A program made the position numbers and the translations under genes. The notes below the pieces were generated by a model that searched no databases, had not been told where the DNA came from, and saw only the letters and a list, made by a program, of their open reading frames with translations. 64,000 nt of DNA, from assembly GCA_043812955.1 (NCBI GenBank), contig JBDRLN010000012.1, positions 12,749-76,748 of the forward strand. Direction: 5' to 3'. Origin of the DNA: Candidatus Omnitrophota bacterium (GTDB taxonomy: Bacteria; Omnitrophota; Gorgyraeia; Gygaellales; Profunditerraquicolaceae). Shown piece by piece: positions 1-9,048 of the stretch (the stretch's first letter is position 1; each line of letters starts with the position of its first letter).

Positions 1-946
1 TTATGGATTTATTCTTATCCGGTATAATTAAGTCCGGGTCAAATTCCAGTTTTATTCCCAAGCCATTGCAAGAAGGACAGGCGCCGAATGGAGAATTAAA
101 TGAAAACAAACGAGGCTCAACCTCCGGTATATCAATACCGCATTTTGCGCAGGAATACTGTTCGCTGAAAATATAGTCCATAGTCGACAGTTTAGGGTTT
201 GTAGGTCTTCCCCGGATATTGGCTGCCGTCTTTGGGCCATTGACTATAACTACACCTTTGCCGGTTTTAAGTGCGGTCTCCACTGAATCAGTAAGCCGTT
301 TTTTTACCTCCGGTTTAATAATAAGCCTATCCACTACTACTTCTATATTATGTATATTATATTTCTCTAGTTTTATCTTTTGAGAGAGTTCATATAAATG
401 TCCGTCAACCCGGCAGCGCGCAAATCCGGATTTCTGGATCTGGATTAAGATATCTTTATACTCGCCCTTTCTTCCTTTAACTACAGGGGCTAATATCTGT
501 ATAGCCTCACCGGAAAAGTAAGACAAAATTCTTTCCACTATCTCCTGGGAGCTCTGCCTTTCAATTGGCTGTTGGCATTTATAACAATTAACCCGTCCGA
601 TCCTGGCAAATAAAAGCCTGAGGTAATCATAAATCTCAGTTTGAGTGCCTACGGTAGAACGGGGGTTGCCTCCGGCGCTTCTTTGTTCGATAGAAATAGC
701 CGGAGATAAACCTTCAATATACTCCACATCCGGTTTTTGCAGTTGCTCTAAAAACTGACGGGCGTAACTAGAGAGGCTTTCCACGTATCTACGCTGGCCT
801 TCGGCATAAATAGTATCAAAGGCCAGGCTGGATTTTCCCGAACCGGACAACCCGGTAACCACGATCAATTTATTTCTAGGCAAAGCCAGGTCGATATTCT
901 TTAAATTATGCTCCTTGGCCCCTTTAATTATAATATATCCGTCCAT
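1..946 (-). CDS. uvrA: excinuclease ABC subunit A (UvrA), N-terminal part; gene continues beyond window start
   Basis: Minus-strand translation from ATG (944-946) gives [65 protein letters not shown]..., a typical UvrA N-terminus with Walker [10 protein letters not shown] and CxxC zinc-finger motifs. The frame stays open to position 1, which is why it is absent from the ORF track. Confidence 0.9.
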   Translation of the reverse strand, partial: MDGYIIIKGAKEHNLKNIDLALPRNKLIVVTGLSGSGKSSLAFDTIYAEGQRRYVESLSSYARQFLEQLQKPDVEYIEGLSPAISIEQRSAGGNPRSTVGTQTEIYDYLRLLFARIGRVNCYKCQQPIERQSSQEIVERILSYFSGEAIQILAPVVKGRKGEYKDILIQIQKSGFARCRVDGHLYELSQKIKLEKYNIHNIEVVVDRLIIKPEVKKRLTDSVETALKTGKGVVIVNGPKTAANIRGRPTNPKLSTMDYIFSEQYSCAKCGIDIPEVEPRLFSFNSPFGACPSCNGLGIKLEFDPDLIIPDKNKSI

Positions 947-963
947 TGCTTTATACTAATAAA

Positions 964-1016
964 AACCCCGCCCTTTTGGCGTGATTGAAAAAATAAATTA
1001 CCAAAAGGGCGGGGTT
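964..1016 (-). terminator. Perfect 16-bp-stem hairpin (AACCCCGCCCTTTTGG / CCAAAAGGGCGGGGTT) followed on the minus strand by TTTTATT; putative intrinsic terminator of the 1023..1265 gene
   Basis: Inverted repeat read directly from the sequence; GC-rich stem base followed by a U-run on the coding (minus) strand. Confidence 0.5.
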
Positions 1017-1022
1017 AACTCT

Positions 1023-1265
1023 TTACTTCTTTTTCTTCTTTTTGCCGCCTCTTACCATTTTAGCGCAAGAGATATCACCCTGTTTGTCCACAAAATAGAG
1101 ATAACCCGCTTCTCTTTTGATGCCGCATTTTGCGACTTTCTTGGGCTTTCCTCCCTTATCTTTGCCCCTCGCCATCTTAGCGCAAGAGACATCACCCTGT
1201 TTGTCTACATAGTAGAGTAAGCCTTTCTGTCTCTTTATACCTACTTTGACTAATTTTTTGGCCAT
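1023..1265 (-). CDS. small lysine-rich protein built from two internal ~38-aa repeats; unknown function, possibly nucleic-acid binding
   Basis: ORF MAKKLVKVGIKRQKGLLYYVDKQGDVSCAKMARGKDKGGKPKK + VAKCGIKREAGYLYFVDKQGDISCAKMVRGGKKKKKK: two clear tandem repeats and a poly-Lys tail. No family recognised. Confidence 0.5.
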   Translation of the reverse strand: MAKKLVKVGIKRQKGLLYYVDKQGDVSCAKMARGKDKGGKPKKVAKCGIKREAGYLYFVDKQGDISCAKMVRGGKKKKKK

Positions 1266-1292
1266 TTTTTTAATTCACCTCCTTTCCTTTAG

Positions 1293-1652
1293 TTAACTTT
1301 TGTTTAAAACTCCCCTTATTGTTTCCAGTATTTTTTCTTTGGTAAATGGTTTAACTACAAAATCTATGGCCCCGATTTCGAAGGCCTCTTTTTTTAACCC
1401 TGCCAATGCCGATACGATAATTATTTTAACGCTGGGATTAATATCTAACATTTCTTCCAAAACCCTAAGGCCATTCCTCCCGGGCATAGATATATCCAAT
1501 AAAACCAAATCCGGCATTAACCCATTAAATTTTTCCAATGCCTCATCCGCATTACTAGCTGTCCCTATAACCGTAAATTCGGTTGAGATAGAATCAGTTA
1601 ATACCCGCTGCATAAAAACACTGTCTTCCACTATTAAAACCCTATGTTCCAT
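1293..1652 (-). CDS. single-domain CheY-like response regulator receiver
   Basis: VLIVEDSVFMQRVL...DLVLLDISMPGRNG...VKPF contains the D-D-K receiver signature; 119 aa with no output domain. Confidence 0.8.
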   Translation of the reverse strand: MEHRVLIVEDSVFMQRVLTDSISTEFTVIGTASNADEALEKFNGLMPDLVLLDISMPGRNGLRVLEEMLDINPSVKIIIVSALAGLKKEAFEIGAIDFVVKPFTKEKILETIRGVLNKS

Positions 1653-1663
1653 ATCTCACCTCC

Positions 1664-2485
1664 CTAGGTTCCAATTCTAACTGGTTCAAAAATTTGACCC
1701 AGAACCGCCACGGCTGATAAAAAAGCCAGATAGCTGGTTTTGGGGTTATCCGGATGCAATACATTCTCAGTCCGGCAGGAAATTTTGCCTCCATTTGAAT
1801 CAACGGTTATCTGATGTATATTCCTTTTAGTCCCGGGCGAGGCGATTATATTAACTCTTGTGTTAACCTCTCCTATGCCGGCTAGGCTTAATATGGCGGC
1901 AACATTAATATTCTGAGGAAAAAACTTTACCGCTTCTTTAGCGCTGCCTGAGAAAATAAGAGTATCTTTTTTGATCTTGCTTAAATTTATCTTTTTATCT
2001 TCAATATATTTGACTCCTTTAAAAGAAACCGGATTTTTAATCGTAGTCAGGGTAACCCTGTTTATTCCGGAGATACCGGCTGCCTTTAACGCGTCTATTC
2101 CCGAGATAGCTCCACTGGGGATATAAACTTTGGCTTTATTTGTTTTAGCCAGAGCGGATAATTCTTTAAAATTGTTAATTATTCCTCCCACGCTCATAAC
2201 CAACACATCTTTCCTGCTCTTTAAAGCCTCCCTGGAAATTTCCCAGGAGGATTTAGCTGAGGCTGATTCAATGACCAATTTTGAGCGAATGATTAACTGC
2301 TTTAAGGTTTTGGTAATTAAACCATTATCCCTTAGGGCCTGGGCTAACTTTTGGGATTTTTGCGAGTCGATATCAAAAAGGGCGGATAAAACAGCCTGGC
2401 CAGTAAAATTTTTCTTGATCTCTTTGGCTAAAGATGCGCCTATCGCCCCGCACCCCACTATTCCAATCTTCAATTTTGTGCCCAT
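1664..2485 (-). CDS. nadX: L-aspartate dehydrogenase (NadX-like, DUF108 fold)
   Basis: N-terminal Rossmann motif KIGIVGCGAIG; C-terminal FPQNINVAAIL...NPKTSYLA matches NadX signatures (FPRNINVA, NPKTS). 273 aa. Confidence 0.7.
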   Translation of the reverse strand: MGTKLKIGIVGCGAIGASLAKEIKKNFTGQAVLSALFDIDSQKSQKLAQALRDNGLITKTLKQLIIRSKLVIESASAKSSWEISREALKSRKDVLVMSVGGIINNFKELSALAKTNKAKVYIPSGAISGIDALKAAGISGINRVTLTTIKNPVSFKGVKYIEDKKINLSKIKKDTLIFSGSAKEAVKFFPQNINVAAILSLAGIGEVNTRVNIIASPGTKRNIHQITVDSNGGKISCRTENVLHPDNPKTSYLAFLSAVAVLGQIFEPVRIGT

Positions 2486-2504
2486 TTTCTTTCTCTACCT
2501 ATCG

Positions 2505-2565
2505 AAATGGGGTCAGAATTATTTTTTATTTATTTTACTAGTAAAAAATAATTCTGACCCCATTT
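2505..2565. repeat. Perfect 24-bp-stem palindrome (AAATGGGGTCAGAATTATTTTTTA ...13-nt loop... TAAAAAATAATTCTGACCCCATTT) between panC and nadX
   Basis: Read directly from the sequence. Intergenic, no U-run; possible attenuator or bidirectional terminator. Confidence 0.5.
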
Positions 2566-2595
2566 ATCTATTCCTTTACCTTCTATTATTGTAGG

Positions 2596-3444
2596 TTATC
2601 CAATCTTTACTATAATGTTATCAATCAACCTAGTTTTTCCTACAAATGCAGCCAAAGCTATCAATACCTTCCCCTTTAATGCTTTTATTGGTTTTAAATC
2701 TTTTAAATCTACAATAGAAATATACTGCGGACAGATAGTTTTGCTTTGTTTCAATAATTTACGGATTTTATTTATCGCTAAGGCGGAATTACGCTCTCCC
2801 TGCTTAATTAAACACCGGGCTAATTTTAACCCTTGATATAACAAAACTGCCTCTTTTCTCTCCTGTGGGTTTAGATAGATATTGCGCGAACTCATAGCCA
2901 GGCCATCCCGCTCCCGCTTGGTCGGCATAACCTTAACCCTAACCGGGATATTTAAATCTCTCACCATCTTATTTATGGCCAAGGCCTGCTGGCAGTCTTT
3001 TTGGCCAAAATAAGCGCTATCCGGGTGGATTAAATTGAATAACTTGTTTACAACCGTAGCTACTCCCTTAAAATGTCCTGGCCTGAATACCCCGCAAAGT
3101 GAATCAGTTAAACCCAGTACATTAACAAAAGTATTAAAACCATCAGGGTACATATTCTTTAATGACGGAAGGAAAATAAAATCAACCCCCTCTTTTTTGC
3201 ATATTGCTATATCTTTACCAATTGGCCGCGGGTATTGGTTTAAATCTTCCCTAGGCCCGAACTGAATAGGATTGACAAAAATACTGACTATAACTTCCGA
3301 ATTATCTTTACCGGCCTTACGGATCAAGCTAAGATGCCCAGCATGCATTGCCCCCATTGTGGGGACAAAACCAATGGTCCTGCCGCTTTTTTTTAGCTTA
3401 CTGGTTATTTTTTGAATTTCCCGGCTGCTACGGATAATTTTCAT
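2596..3444 (-). CDS. panC: pantoate--beta-alanine ligase
   Basis: GFVPTMGAMHAGHLSLI (HIGH-type motif) and the overall PanC pattern; 282 aa. Confidence 0.9.
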   Translation of the reverse strand: MKIIRSSREIQKITSKLKKSGRTIGFVPTMGAMHAGHLSLIRKAGKDNSEVIVSIFVNPIQFGPREDLNQYPRPIGKDIAICKKEGVDFIFLPSLKNMYPDGFNTFVNVLGLTDSLCGVFRPGHFKGVATVVNKLFNLIHPDSAYFGQKDCQQALAINKMVRDLNIPVRVKVMPTKRERDGLAMSSRNIYLNPQERKEAVLLYQGLKLARCLIKQGERNSALAINKIRKLLKQSKTICPQYISIVDLKDLKPIKALKGKVLIALAAFVGKTRLIDNIIVKIG

Positions 3445-3974
3445 TTATTCCGGCGTTTCATTTTTTTAATTTTTTCTCTACCCCTACCGCTACCTTTACC
3501 TTTACCAATACCTATACCTTTTCTTCCTTTTTTAATATCATTTTTACTTTTGGCAATCAATTTCTTAACAACCCCGGGAGCAATTTCTTTAAACGGCTCT
3601 AAAACAAAATTACGCTCGCAGATCCTTGGATGCGGCAGGCACAGCCCTTCCTCTTTAATACAAATATCCGAATAGGTCAAAATATCCAGATCAATGGTCC
3701 GCGGGGCATTAGGAATAGTGCGCACCCGGCCTAATAAAGATTCTATTTTTTGCAATTCTTGCAACAATTGATAAGGCAGAAGCTCGGTCTCAATCTCAAC
3801 CACTGCATTCAAATATTTCCCTTGCGGCGGACCGCCTTGAGGCTTAGTTTCAATTACCGACGAAATTTTAACTACCCGGGTAGAGGACAAAACCTTGATT
3901 TTTTTTATAGCGATATTGATATAGAATTGTCTTTCGCCCAGATTAGATCCGATAGCGATAAAACTAGTTACCAT
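3441..3974 (-). CDS. folK: 2-amino-4-hydroxy-6-hydroxymethyldihydropteridine pyrophosphokinase (HPPK) with Gly/Lys-rich C-terminal tail
   Basis: AIGSNLG...RTIDLDIL...LPHPR motifs of HPPK. The C-terminal KGRKGIGIGKGKGSGRGREK tail is encoded by a GGTAAA/GGTATA hexamer-repeat tract. Confidence 0.85.
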   Translation of the reverse strand: MVTSFIAIGSNLGERQFYINIAIKKIKVLSSTRVVKISSVIETKPQGGPPQGKYLNAVVEIETELLPYQLLQELQKIESLLGRVRTIPNAPRTIDLDILTYSDICIKEEGLCLPHPRICERNFVLEPFKEIAPGVVKKLIAKSKNDIKKGRKGIGIGKGKGSGRGREKIKKMKRRNK

Positions 3975-5140
3975 ATTTTCTTAAGCCTAATAAGCGCCTC
4001 TGCTATTCTTTCTTTAGGAACAGTAAGTGCAAACCTGATGTAGCCTTCGCCGTATTTACCAAAACCAACTCCGGGCGTAGCTACTATATCAGCCTTGGCC
4101 AGCAATTCCCGGCTAAAATCAATCGAACATATTTTCTTAGGTATCCTGGACCAGACATAAAAGGTTGCTTTGGGCTTTTTAATATCCCAACCTAAAGAAT
4201 TCAATCCCTCTACCAGGCTGTCGCGTCTATTTTGGTAAATTTCCGACATTTTCTTAATCTGTCCGACTGATCCTTCCAGGGCCGCAACTGCGGCAACTTG
4301 AAGAGCGGAAAATATCCCAGAATCAATATTAGACTTAACCTTAGCTAAAGCAGCAACTAAATCCTTGTTCCCGCAGGCCCAGCCCACCCGCCAGCCAGTC
4401 ATATTGCAGGTCTTGGATAATGAATGAAATTCAATGCCTACTTCCTTTGCCCCGTCAACCTCCAGAAAACTTGGAGGCTTAAATCCATCATATGACATTT
4501 CAGAATAAGCCAAATCAGAAACCACGATAAGCTTGTTCTTCCGGGCGAATTTAACGATACTCTTATAAAAATTAATATCGCAGACCGCGCCGGTAGGATT
4601 ATTAGGGTAATTAATATAGATCACTCTGGCTTTTTTAAGCACGCCTGCCGGAATTGCTTTGAGGTCAATCAAAAAATCATTCTTTTCTAATAAAGGCATT
4701 AAGTGGACCTTGCCCCCGGCAAAAATAGTTCCCCCTTTATAAGGAGGGTAACACGGATCAGGCACCAGAGTATAATCTCCCGGATTTATAATCCCTAAGG
4801 GAAAATGAGCAATACCTTCTTTTGAGCCGATTAAAGGAAGTATCTCAGTATTGATATCCAGCGTGACATTAAACCGGGAATTATACCATTGGGAAATTGC
4901 CTGGCGGAACACCGGCAGGCCCTGATCCAAGGCATAACGATGATTAGCTGGCTCAAGTGCTGCCCTATCTAAAGCCTGAATAATATAATCCGGCGTAGGT
5001 AAATCCGGGTCTCCGATGCCTAAGTCTATGATATCCCTTCCTTCAGAGCGGGCCAGGCGCTTAGCCTTATCTAACTCCAGGAATAAATAAGGCGGCAATG
5101 CCTGCAACCTTTTGGACAAAACAAAGGTGTTCTCTTTCAT
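3968..5140 (-). CDS. dapL: class I aminotransferase, most likely LL-diaminopimelate aminotransferase (DapL)
   Basis: PLP class-I aminotransferase (IIDLGIGDPDLPTP, SLSKT Lys region). The N-terminal LPPYLFLELDKAK resembles the DapL YLF motif. The gene is embedded in dapB-dapA-dapF-lysA with no dapD/dapE present. Confidence 0.65.
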   Translation of the reverse strand: MKENTFVLSKRLQALPPYLFLELDKAKRLARSEGRDIIDLGIGDPDLPTPDYIIQALDRAALEPANHRYALDQGLPVFRQAISQWYNSRFNVTLDINTEILPLIGSKEGIAHFPLGIINPGDYTLVPDPCYPPYKGGTIFAGGKVHLMPLLEKNDFLIDLKAIPAGVLKKARVIYINYPNNPTGAVCDINFYKSIVKFARKNKLIVVSDLAYSEMSYDGFKPPSFLEVDGAKEVGIEFHSLSKTCNMTGWRVGWACGNKDLVAALAKVKSNIDSGIFSALQVAAVAALEGSVGQIKKMSEIYQNRRDSLVEGLNSLGWDIKKPKATFYVWSRIPKKICSIDFSRELLAKADIVATPGVGFGKYGEGYIRFALTVPKERIAEALIRLKKIW

Positions 5141-5158
5141 TGATATTTTCCCTCTAAT

Positions 5159-5234
5159 CCCTGCCTGTCTGGCAGGCAGGCGGCAGCAAACCTACCTACT
5201 ACCTAACCCCTATCTGCTATATGCTACCTGCTAC
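5159..5234. repeat. GC-rich palindrome CCTGCCTGTCTGGCAGGCAGG plus CCTACCTAC-type short repeats (REP-like element) in the dapL upstream region
   Basis: Palindrome read directly; family members at 17745-17764, 25486-25505, 43467-43486 and a related one at 42970-42995. Confidence 0.6.
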
Positions 5235-5948
5235 CTACTGCCTTAATACATCCTGCATTGAATAAATCCCTGCGGGCTTATCAATAACCCATCTAGCTGC
5301 TTTCAACGCCCCTAAGGCAAAAAGATCGCGGGAATGAGCCTGATGCTTAATTTCTATGCGCTCAGAATTTCCGCAGAAAATAATTGTATGGTCGCCGACT
5401 ATATCACCTAATCTAACCGAATGAACCGGTATTTCTTTCCCGGTAGATTCAACTAATACCTGATGGAACTTTTTAGCTGTTCCTGAAGGCGCGTCTTTTT
5501 TAGCCTTATGGTGAGCCTCCACTATTTCAATGGCGTACTCCGGACCCAGCCTTTTAGCAATCTCAGGAAGCAGGCTGAATAAAACATTTACCCCCACCGC
5601 CATATTCGGCGAAAATACTACCGGAACAATCTTAGAGATCTCCTGAATTTTATTGATCTCCTGGTCATTAAAACCAGTAGTGCCCAGGACTAAGGCCTTT
5701 TTATAACGGGCTACGTAATCCAGATTAACAACGCTTGCCTCAGGCATGGTAAAATCCACAAATACATCCACTAAAAATAACCCGTCGGGTGAGGATGATA
5801 TTTTAATCTTACCCAGTTCCTTTCCGATTTCCGGTATACCCTTGCGCTCCAGGGCCAAGGTTATTTCAAAATCCTTGTTATTTCTCGCCAGGCTAAAAAT
5901 ACGTTTTCCCATTTTTCCGCACACACCGGCAATTCCTAATTTAATCAT
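5235..5948 (-). CDS. dapB: 4-hydroxy-tetrahydrodipicolinate reductase
   Basis: MIKLGIAGVCGKMGK Rossmann N-terminus and DapB-type C-terminal domain; 237 aa. Confidence 0.85.
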   Translation of the reverse strand: MIKLGIAGVCGKMGKRIFSLARNNKDFEITLALERKGIPEIGKELGKIKISSSPDGLFLVDVFVDFTMPEASVVNLDYVARYKKALVLGTTGFNDQEINKIQEISKIVPVVFSPNMAVGVNVLFSLLPEIAKRLGPEYAIEIVEAHHKAKKDAPSGTAKKFHQVLVESTGKEIPVHSVRLGDIVGDHTIIFCGNSERIEIKHQAHSRDLFALGALKAARWVIDKPAGIYSMQDVLRQ

Positions 5949-6066
5949 TTATTTCTCCCGAATTGATAAACAATAATATTATGTTTATATTACTAGGTAC
6001 AGGTATAGGAAAAGGTAAAGAAAAACTTTTCATTCTATACCTATACCTTTACCTCTACCTTCTCTA

Positions 6067-6981
6067 TTAATTTTTCAGTAGCCCGTAATCCTTTAAGGCC
6101 TGAGTTAATTTCTCTAAATTTTCCGGCAACATTTTACTCATCGGAAGCCTTAAATCAGGCTCGCACATACCCAATAACCCCATAGCGGTTTTAACCGGTA
6201 TCGGATTAGTCTCGATAAACATAGCCTTGATCAAAGGCAATAACCTATAATGGATCTCTTGGGCTTTTTTAATACTGCCTTTTTCAAATTCACTAACCAT
6301 CTGGGCTACATCTTTGGGGACAATATTGGCCACAACCGAAATAACCCCCGTTCCCCCTATTGCTAAAATAGGCAGGGTTAAACTGTCGTCTCCGGAAATC
6401 AAATCAAAATCTTTCCCACAGAGCGACTTAATCCTAGACATCTGGTCCAGGCTCCCGGAGGCTTCTTTCACTGCTTTTATATTCTGGCAATCTTTAGCCA
6501 ATCTGGCTATAGTCTCAGGCTCAATATTAACTCCTGTACGAGAAGCAATATTATAAAGAATTATCGGTATATCTACTGATTCGGCAATGGCTTTAAAATG
6601 TTCATAGAGCCCTTTTTGCGTAGGCCGGTTGTAATATGGCGATACCTGCAAAGAAGCGTCTGCCCCAGAAAGGGCAGCATGTTTAGTCAACATTATAGCC
6701 TCGGCAGTTGAATTTGAGCCGGTACCGGCAATAACCGGGACTCTTTTATTCGCCTGTTCAATAGCAATTTTAATAACCTGCTCATGCTCATCGAAAGTAA
6801 GGGTAGCCGATTCTCCGGTTGTGCCGCAGGGGACAATCCCGGAAACACCATTTTTGATCTGGAATTCAATAAGGTCCCTGAATTTTTTTTCATCAACCAC
6901 AAGTTTTCCGCCGGAGGCGGATCCGCCGCGATTTGTGGCGGAAAAAGGCGTTACTATTGCGGTAATCGAGCCTTTAAACAT
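6067..6981 (-). CDS. dapA: 4-hydroxy-tetrahydrodipicolinate synthase
   Basis: ITAIVTPF...GIVPCGTTGESATLT DapA/DHDPS signature; 304 aa. Confidence 0.9.
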   Translation of the reverse strand: MFKGSITAIVTPFSATNRGGSASGGKLVVDEKKFRDLIEFQIKNGVSGIVPCGTTGESATLTFDEHEQVIKIAIEQANKRVPVIAGTGSNSTAEAIMLTKHAALSGADASLQVSPYYNRPTQKGLYEHFKAIAESVDIPIILYNIASRTGVNIEPETIARLAKDCQNIKAVKEASGSLDQMSRIKSLCGKDFDLISGDDSLTLPILAIGGTGVISVVANIVPKDVAQMVSEFEKGSIKKAQEIHYRLLPLIKAMFIETNPIPVKTAMGLLGMCEPDLRLPMSKMLPENLEKLTQALKDYGLLKN

Positions 6982-7705
6982 AGTATACCCCCTTATAAAC
7001 TATACTGGCCTTTCCCTCCAGCCAGACATCCTTAAAATTGTCCCCTTCTTTCATATAATAAACCTTTAAGACTTCACCGCCTTTAGTATGTACATTGATC
7101 TTGCGATAACCGCTAACCCCTAACCGATAACCGGTAATTAAGGCGGAGGCTGCCGAGCCGGTGCCACAGGCCAAAGTCTCATCCTCAACGCCTCTTTCAT
7201 AAGTCCTGATCTTTAGGGAATTATCATTTACTATCTCTACAAAATTAACATTGGTCCCGGCAGGTGAAAATTGCAAATCATTTCGGATAAGCCTTCCTAA
7301 ATTAAATACGTCAATTTTATCCAAGCCTTCCACAAAAATAACAGCCTGGGGCACACCGGTATTTATAAAATTAATTTTAAGCTTCCTGCTATTTACCTTG
7401 ATAGGAATATCCAATCTAAAATCCTTAGGCTCAGTTAATTTTATTCTCACGCTATCTTTATTTACTACCGACTCGATTATCCCGGCTTTAGTTTGAATTA
7501 TTATCTTTTGCCGTGGGCTATGCCTGCCTGCCGCCTGCCGGCTAAAATACAATGCTGCGCAGCGAGCGCCATTTCCGCACATTTCAGCTTCCGAACCATC
7601 AGCATTAAAAATCCTCATTCTTACATCCCGGCCTTTTGATTTTTCCAAAATCAACAGACCGTCAGCCCCGATACCATATTTCCTGTCGCAGACTTCTCTG
7701 GCCAA
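6974..7705 (-). CDS. dapF: diaminopimelate epimerase, main C-terminal body; the true N-terminus (7737-7798, MKEKLEFTKIVASGNDFVVIE) lies in a different frame across a 7-bp tandem repeat
   Basis: FNADGSEAEMCGNGARC and ACGTGSAA catalytic Cys motifs. The upstream ATG at 7796-7798 encodes the canonical DapF N-terminus (GNDFVV) but is out of frame by the (TTTTGAC)x3 repeat at 7713-7736. Confidence 0.8.
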   Translation of the reverse strand: MAREVCDRKYGIGADGLLILEKSKGRDVRMRIFNADGSEAEMCGNGARCAALYFSRQAAGRHSPRQKIIIQTKAGIIESVVNKDSVRIKLTEPKDFRLDIPIKVNSRKLKINFINTGVPQAVIFVEGLDKIDVFNLGRLIRNDLQFSPAGTNVNFVEIVNDNSLKIRTYERGVEDETLACGTGSAASALITGYRLGVSGYRKINVHTKGGEVLKVYYMKEGDNFKDVWLEGKASIVYKGVYYV

Positions 7706-7712
7706 AGCTTTG

Positions 7713-7736
7713 AAATTTTTGACTTTTGACTTTTGA
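7713..7736. repeat. heptanucleotide tandem repeat (TTTTGAC)x3 inside the dapF N-terminal coding region causing an apparent frameshift
   Basis: atttttgac ttttgac ttttgac read directly. With 1 or 4 copies the DapF frame would be continuous: GNDFVVIEVKNFKALAREVCDRKYGIGADG. Confidence 0.8.
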
Positions 7737-7796
7737 CTTCGATAACGACAAAGTCGTTACCGGATGCCACTATTTTAGTAAATTCTAATTTTTCCT

Positions 7797-9047
7797 TCAT
7801 ATAATTTCCTTCATTATCAGATCCTGATAAGTATCTCTTCTTCTTATAACCCTAGATTTGTTTTTCCTGACCATTACTTCCGCAGCCTTCCGGCGGGAAT
7901 TATAGTTACTGGACATGCTAAAACCGTAAGCCCCGGCGCTCATTACCGCCAAGTAATCCCCGGCTTTTACACAAGGCAAAAGCCTGTCTTTGGCCAAGAA
8001 ATCACCGCTTTCACATATCGGCCCTACCACATCAACTTTTTCAACTTTACCTATACCTTTACCTATACCTTCCACTGGTAATATATTATGGTAGGCCTCA
8101 TATAGCGCTGGACGAATTAAATCATTCATCCCGGCATCAACTATGATAAATTTTTTTACCGGGGTGCCTTTAATATATAAAACTTTAGTAACTAGTATCC
8201 CGGCATTTCCAACAATAAACCTGCCCGGCTCAAAAATTATCTTCAGATTAATTTTCTTTAAAATGGGCAAAACCTTTGCGGCGAATTCCTGGGCCGTCTG
8301 AGGGGTCTCTTGATCATAAATAATCCCTAATCCTCCGCCCATATTCAAGAATTCTAACTTTACCCCGTTTCTTTGCAGGGCACTAATAAATGAAATAACC
8401 TTTTTTAAGGCTTGGACAAAAGGAGCTCCTTTAGTTATCTGCGAACCTATGTGCATATGTAAACCGCAGATATTTATATTTAAAAGTTTGCGCCTAAGCG
8501 ATAAAATCTTAGTGGCGTTATTTAAATCAATACCGAATTTATTGGTTATCTTGCCGGTGGTGATAAAATGATGCGTATTGGCCTCAACATCAGGATTAAT
8601 CCTAATCGCGACCTTGGTAATTTTATTTAATTTTTTAGCCACCCGGTTAATATTCTCCAGTTCAGGCAAAGATTCAACATTAAAAAGTAAAATTCCTTTT
8701 TTTATCGCTTCTTCAATTTCTCTGTCGGTTTTGCCTACCGAGGCGTATACTATTCTCTCCGGCGGGCATTTGGCCTTAAGCGCCCGGAACAGCTCTCCGC
8801 CGGAAACAATATCCAACCCGGCCCCTTTATCTACTAAGGCTTTTAATATAGCTAAATTTGAATTTGCTTTTACCGAATAGCAGATAATAGGCTTAATTTC
8901 CCGAAAAGCAGTTTTTAATTTTAAGAAATGGTCGATAAGAGTTTTATAGCTATAAACATAAAGCGGGGTGCCAAACTTTTCAGCCAAGTCCTTAACGTTT
9001 ACATTCTCGCAAAACAGTTTATTTTCTTGGTATTTAAATTCGTGCAT
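7797..9047 (-). CDS. lysA: diaminopimelate decarboxylase
   Basis: PLP fold-III decarboxylase: YSVKAN, HMHIGSQ, EPGRF, CESGD motifs; 416 aa. Confidence 0.9.
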   Translation of the reverse strand: MHEFKYQENKLFCENVNVKDLAEKFGTPLYVYSYKTLIDHFLKLKTAFREIKPIICYSVKANSNLAILKALVDKGAGLDIVSGGELFRALKAKCPPERIVYASVGKTDREIEEAIKKGILLFNVESLPELENINRVAKKLNKITKVAIRINPDVEANTHHFITTGKITNKFGIDLNNATKILSLRRKLLNINICGLHMHIGSQITKGAPFVQALKKVISFISALQRNGVKLEFLNMGGGLGIIYDQETPQTAQEFAAKVLPILKKINLKIIFEPGRFIVGNAGILVTKVLYIKGTPVKKFIIVDAGMNDLIRPALYEAYHNILPVEGIGKGIGKVEKVDVVGPICESGDFLAKDRLLPCVKAGDYLAVMSAGAYGFSMSSNYNSRRKAAEVMVRKNKSRVIRRRDTYQDLIMKEII

Positions 9048-9048
9048 A

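Noticed and set aside
1300-1680. Plus-strand ORFs in the track that lie antisense inside well-supported minus-strand genes (for example 1300..1680, 2130..2594, 36325..36741, 40359..40862, 51111..51497, 52101..52598, 60215..60634)
   Set aside because: Each overlaps a minus-strand gene with clear family motifs; the translations are low-complexity with no recognisable domains. They are shadow ORFs typical of single-strand-coded regions.
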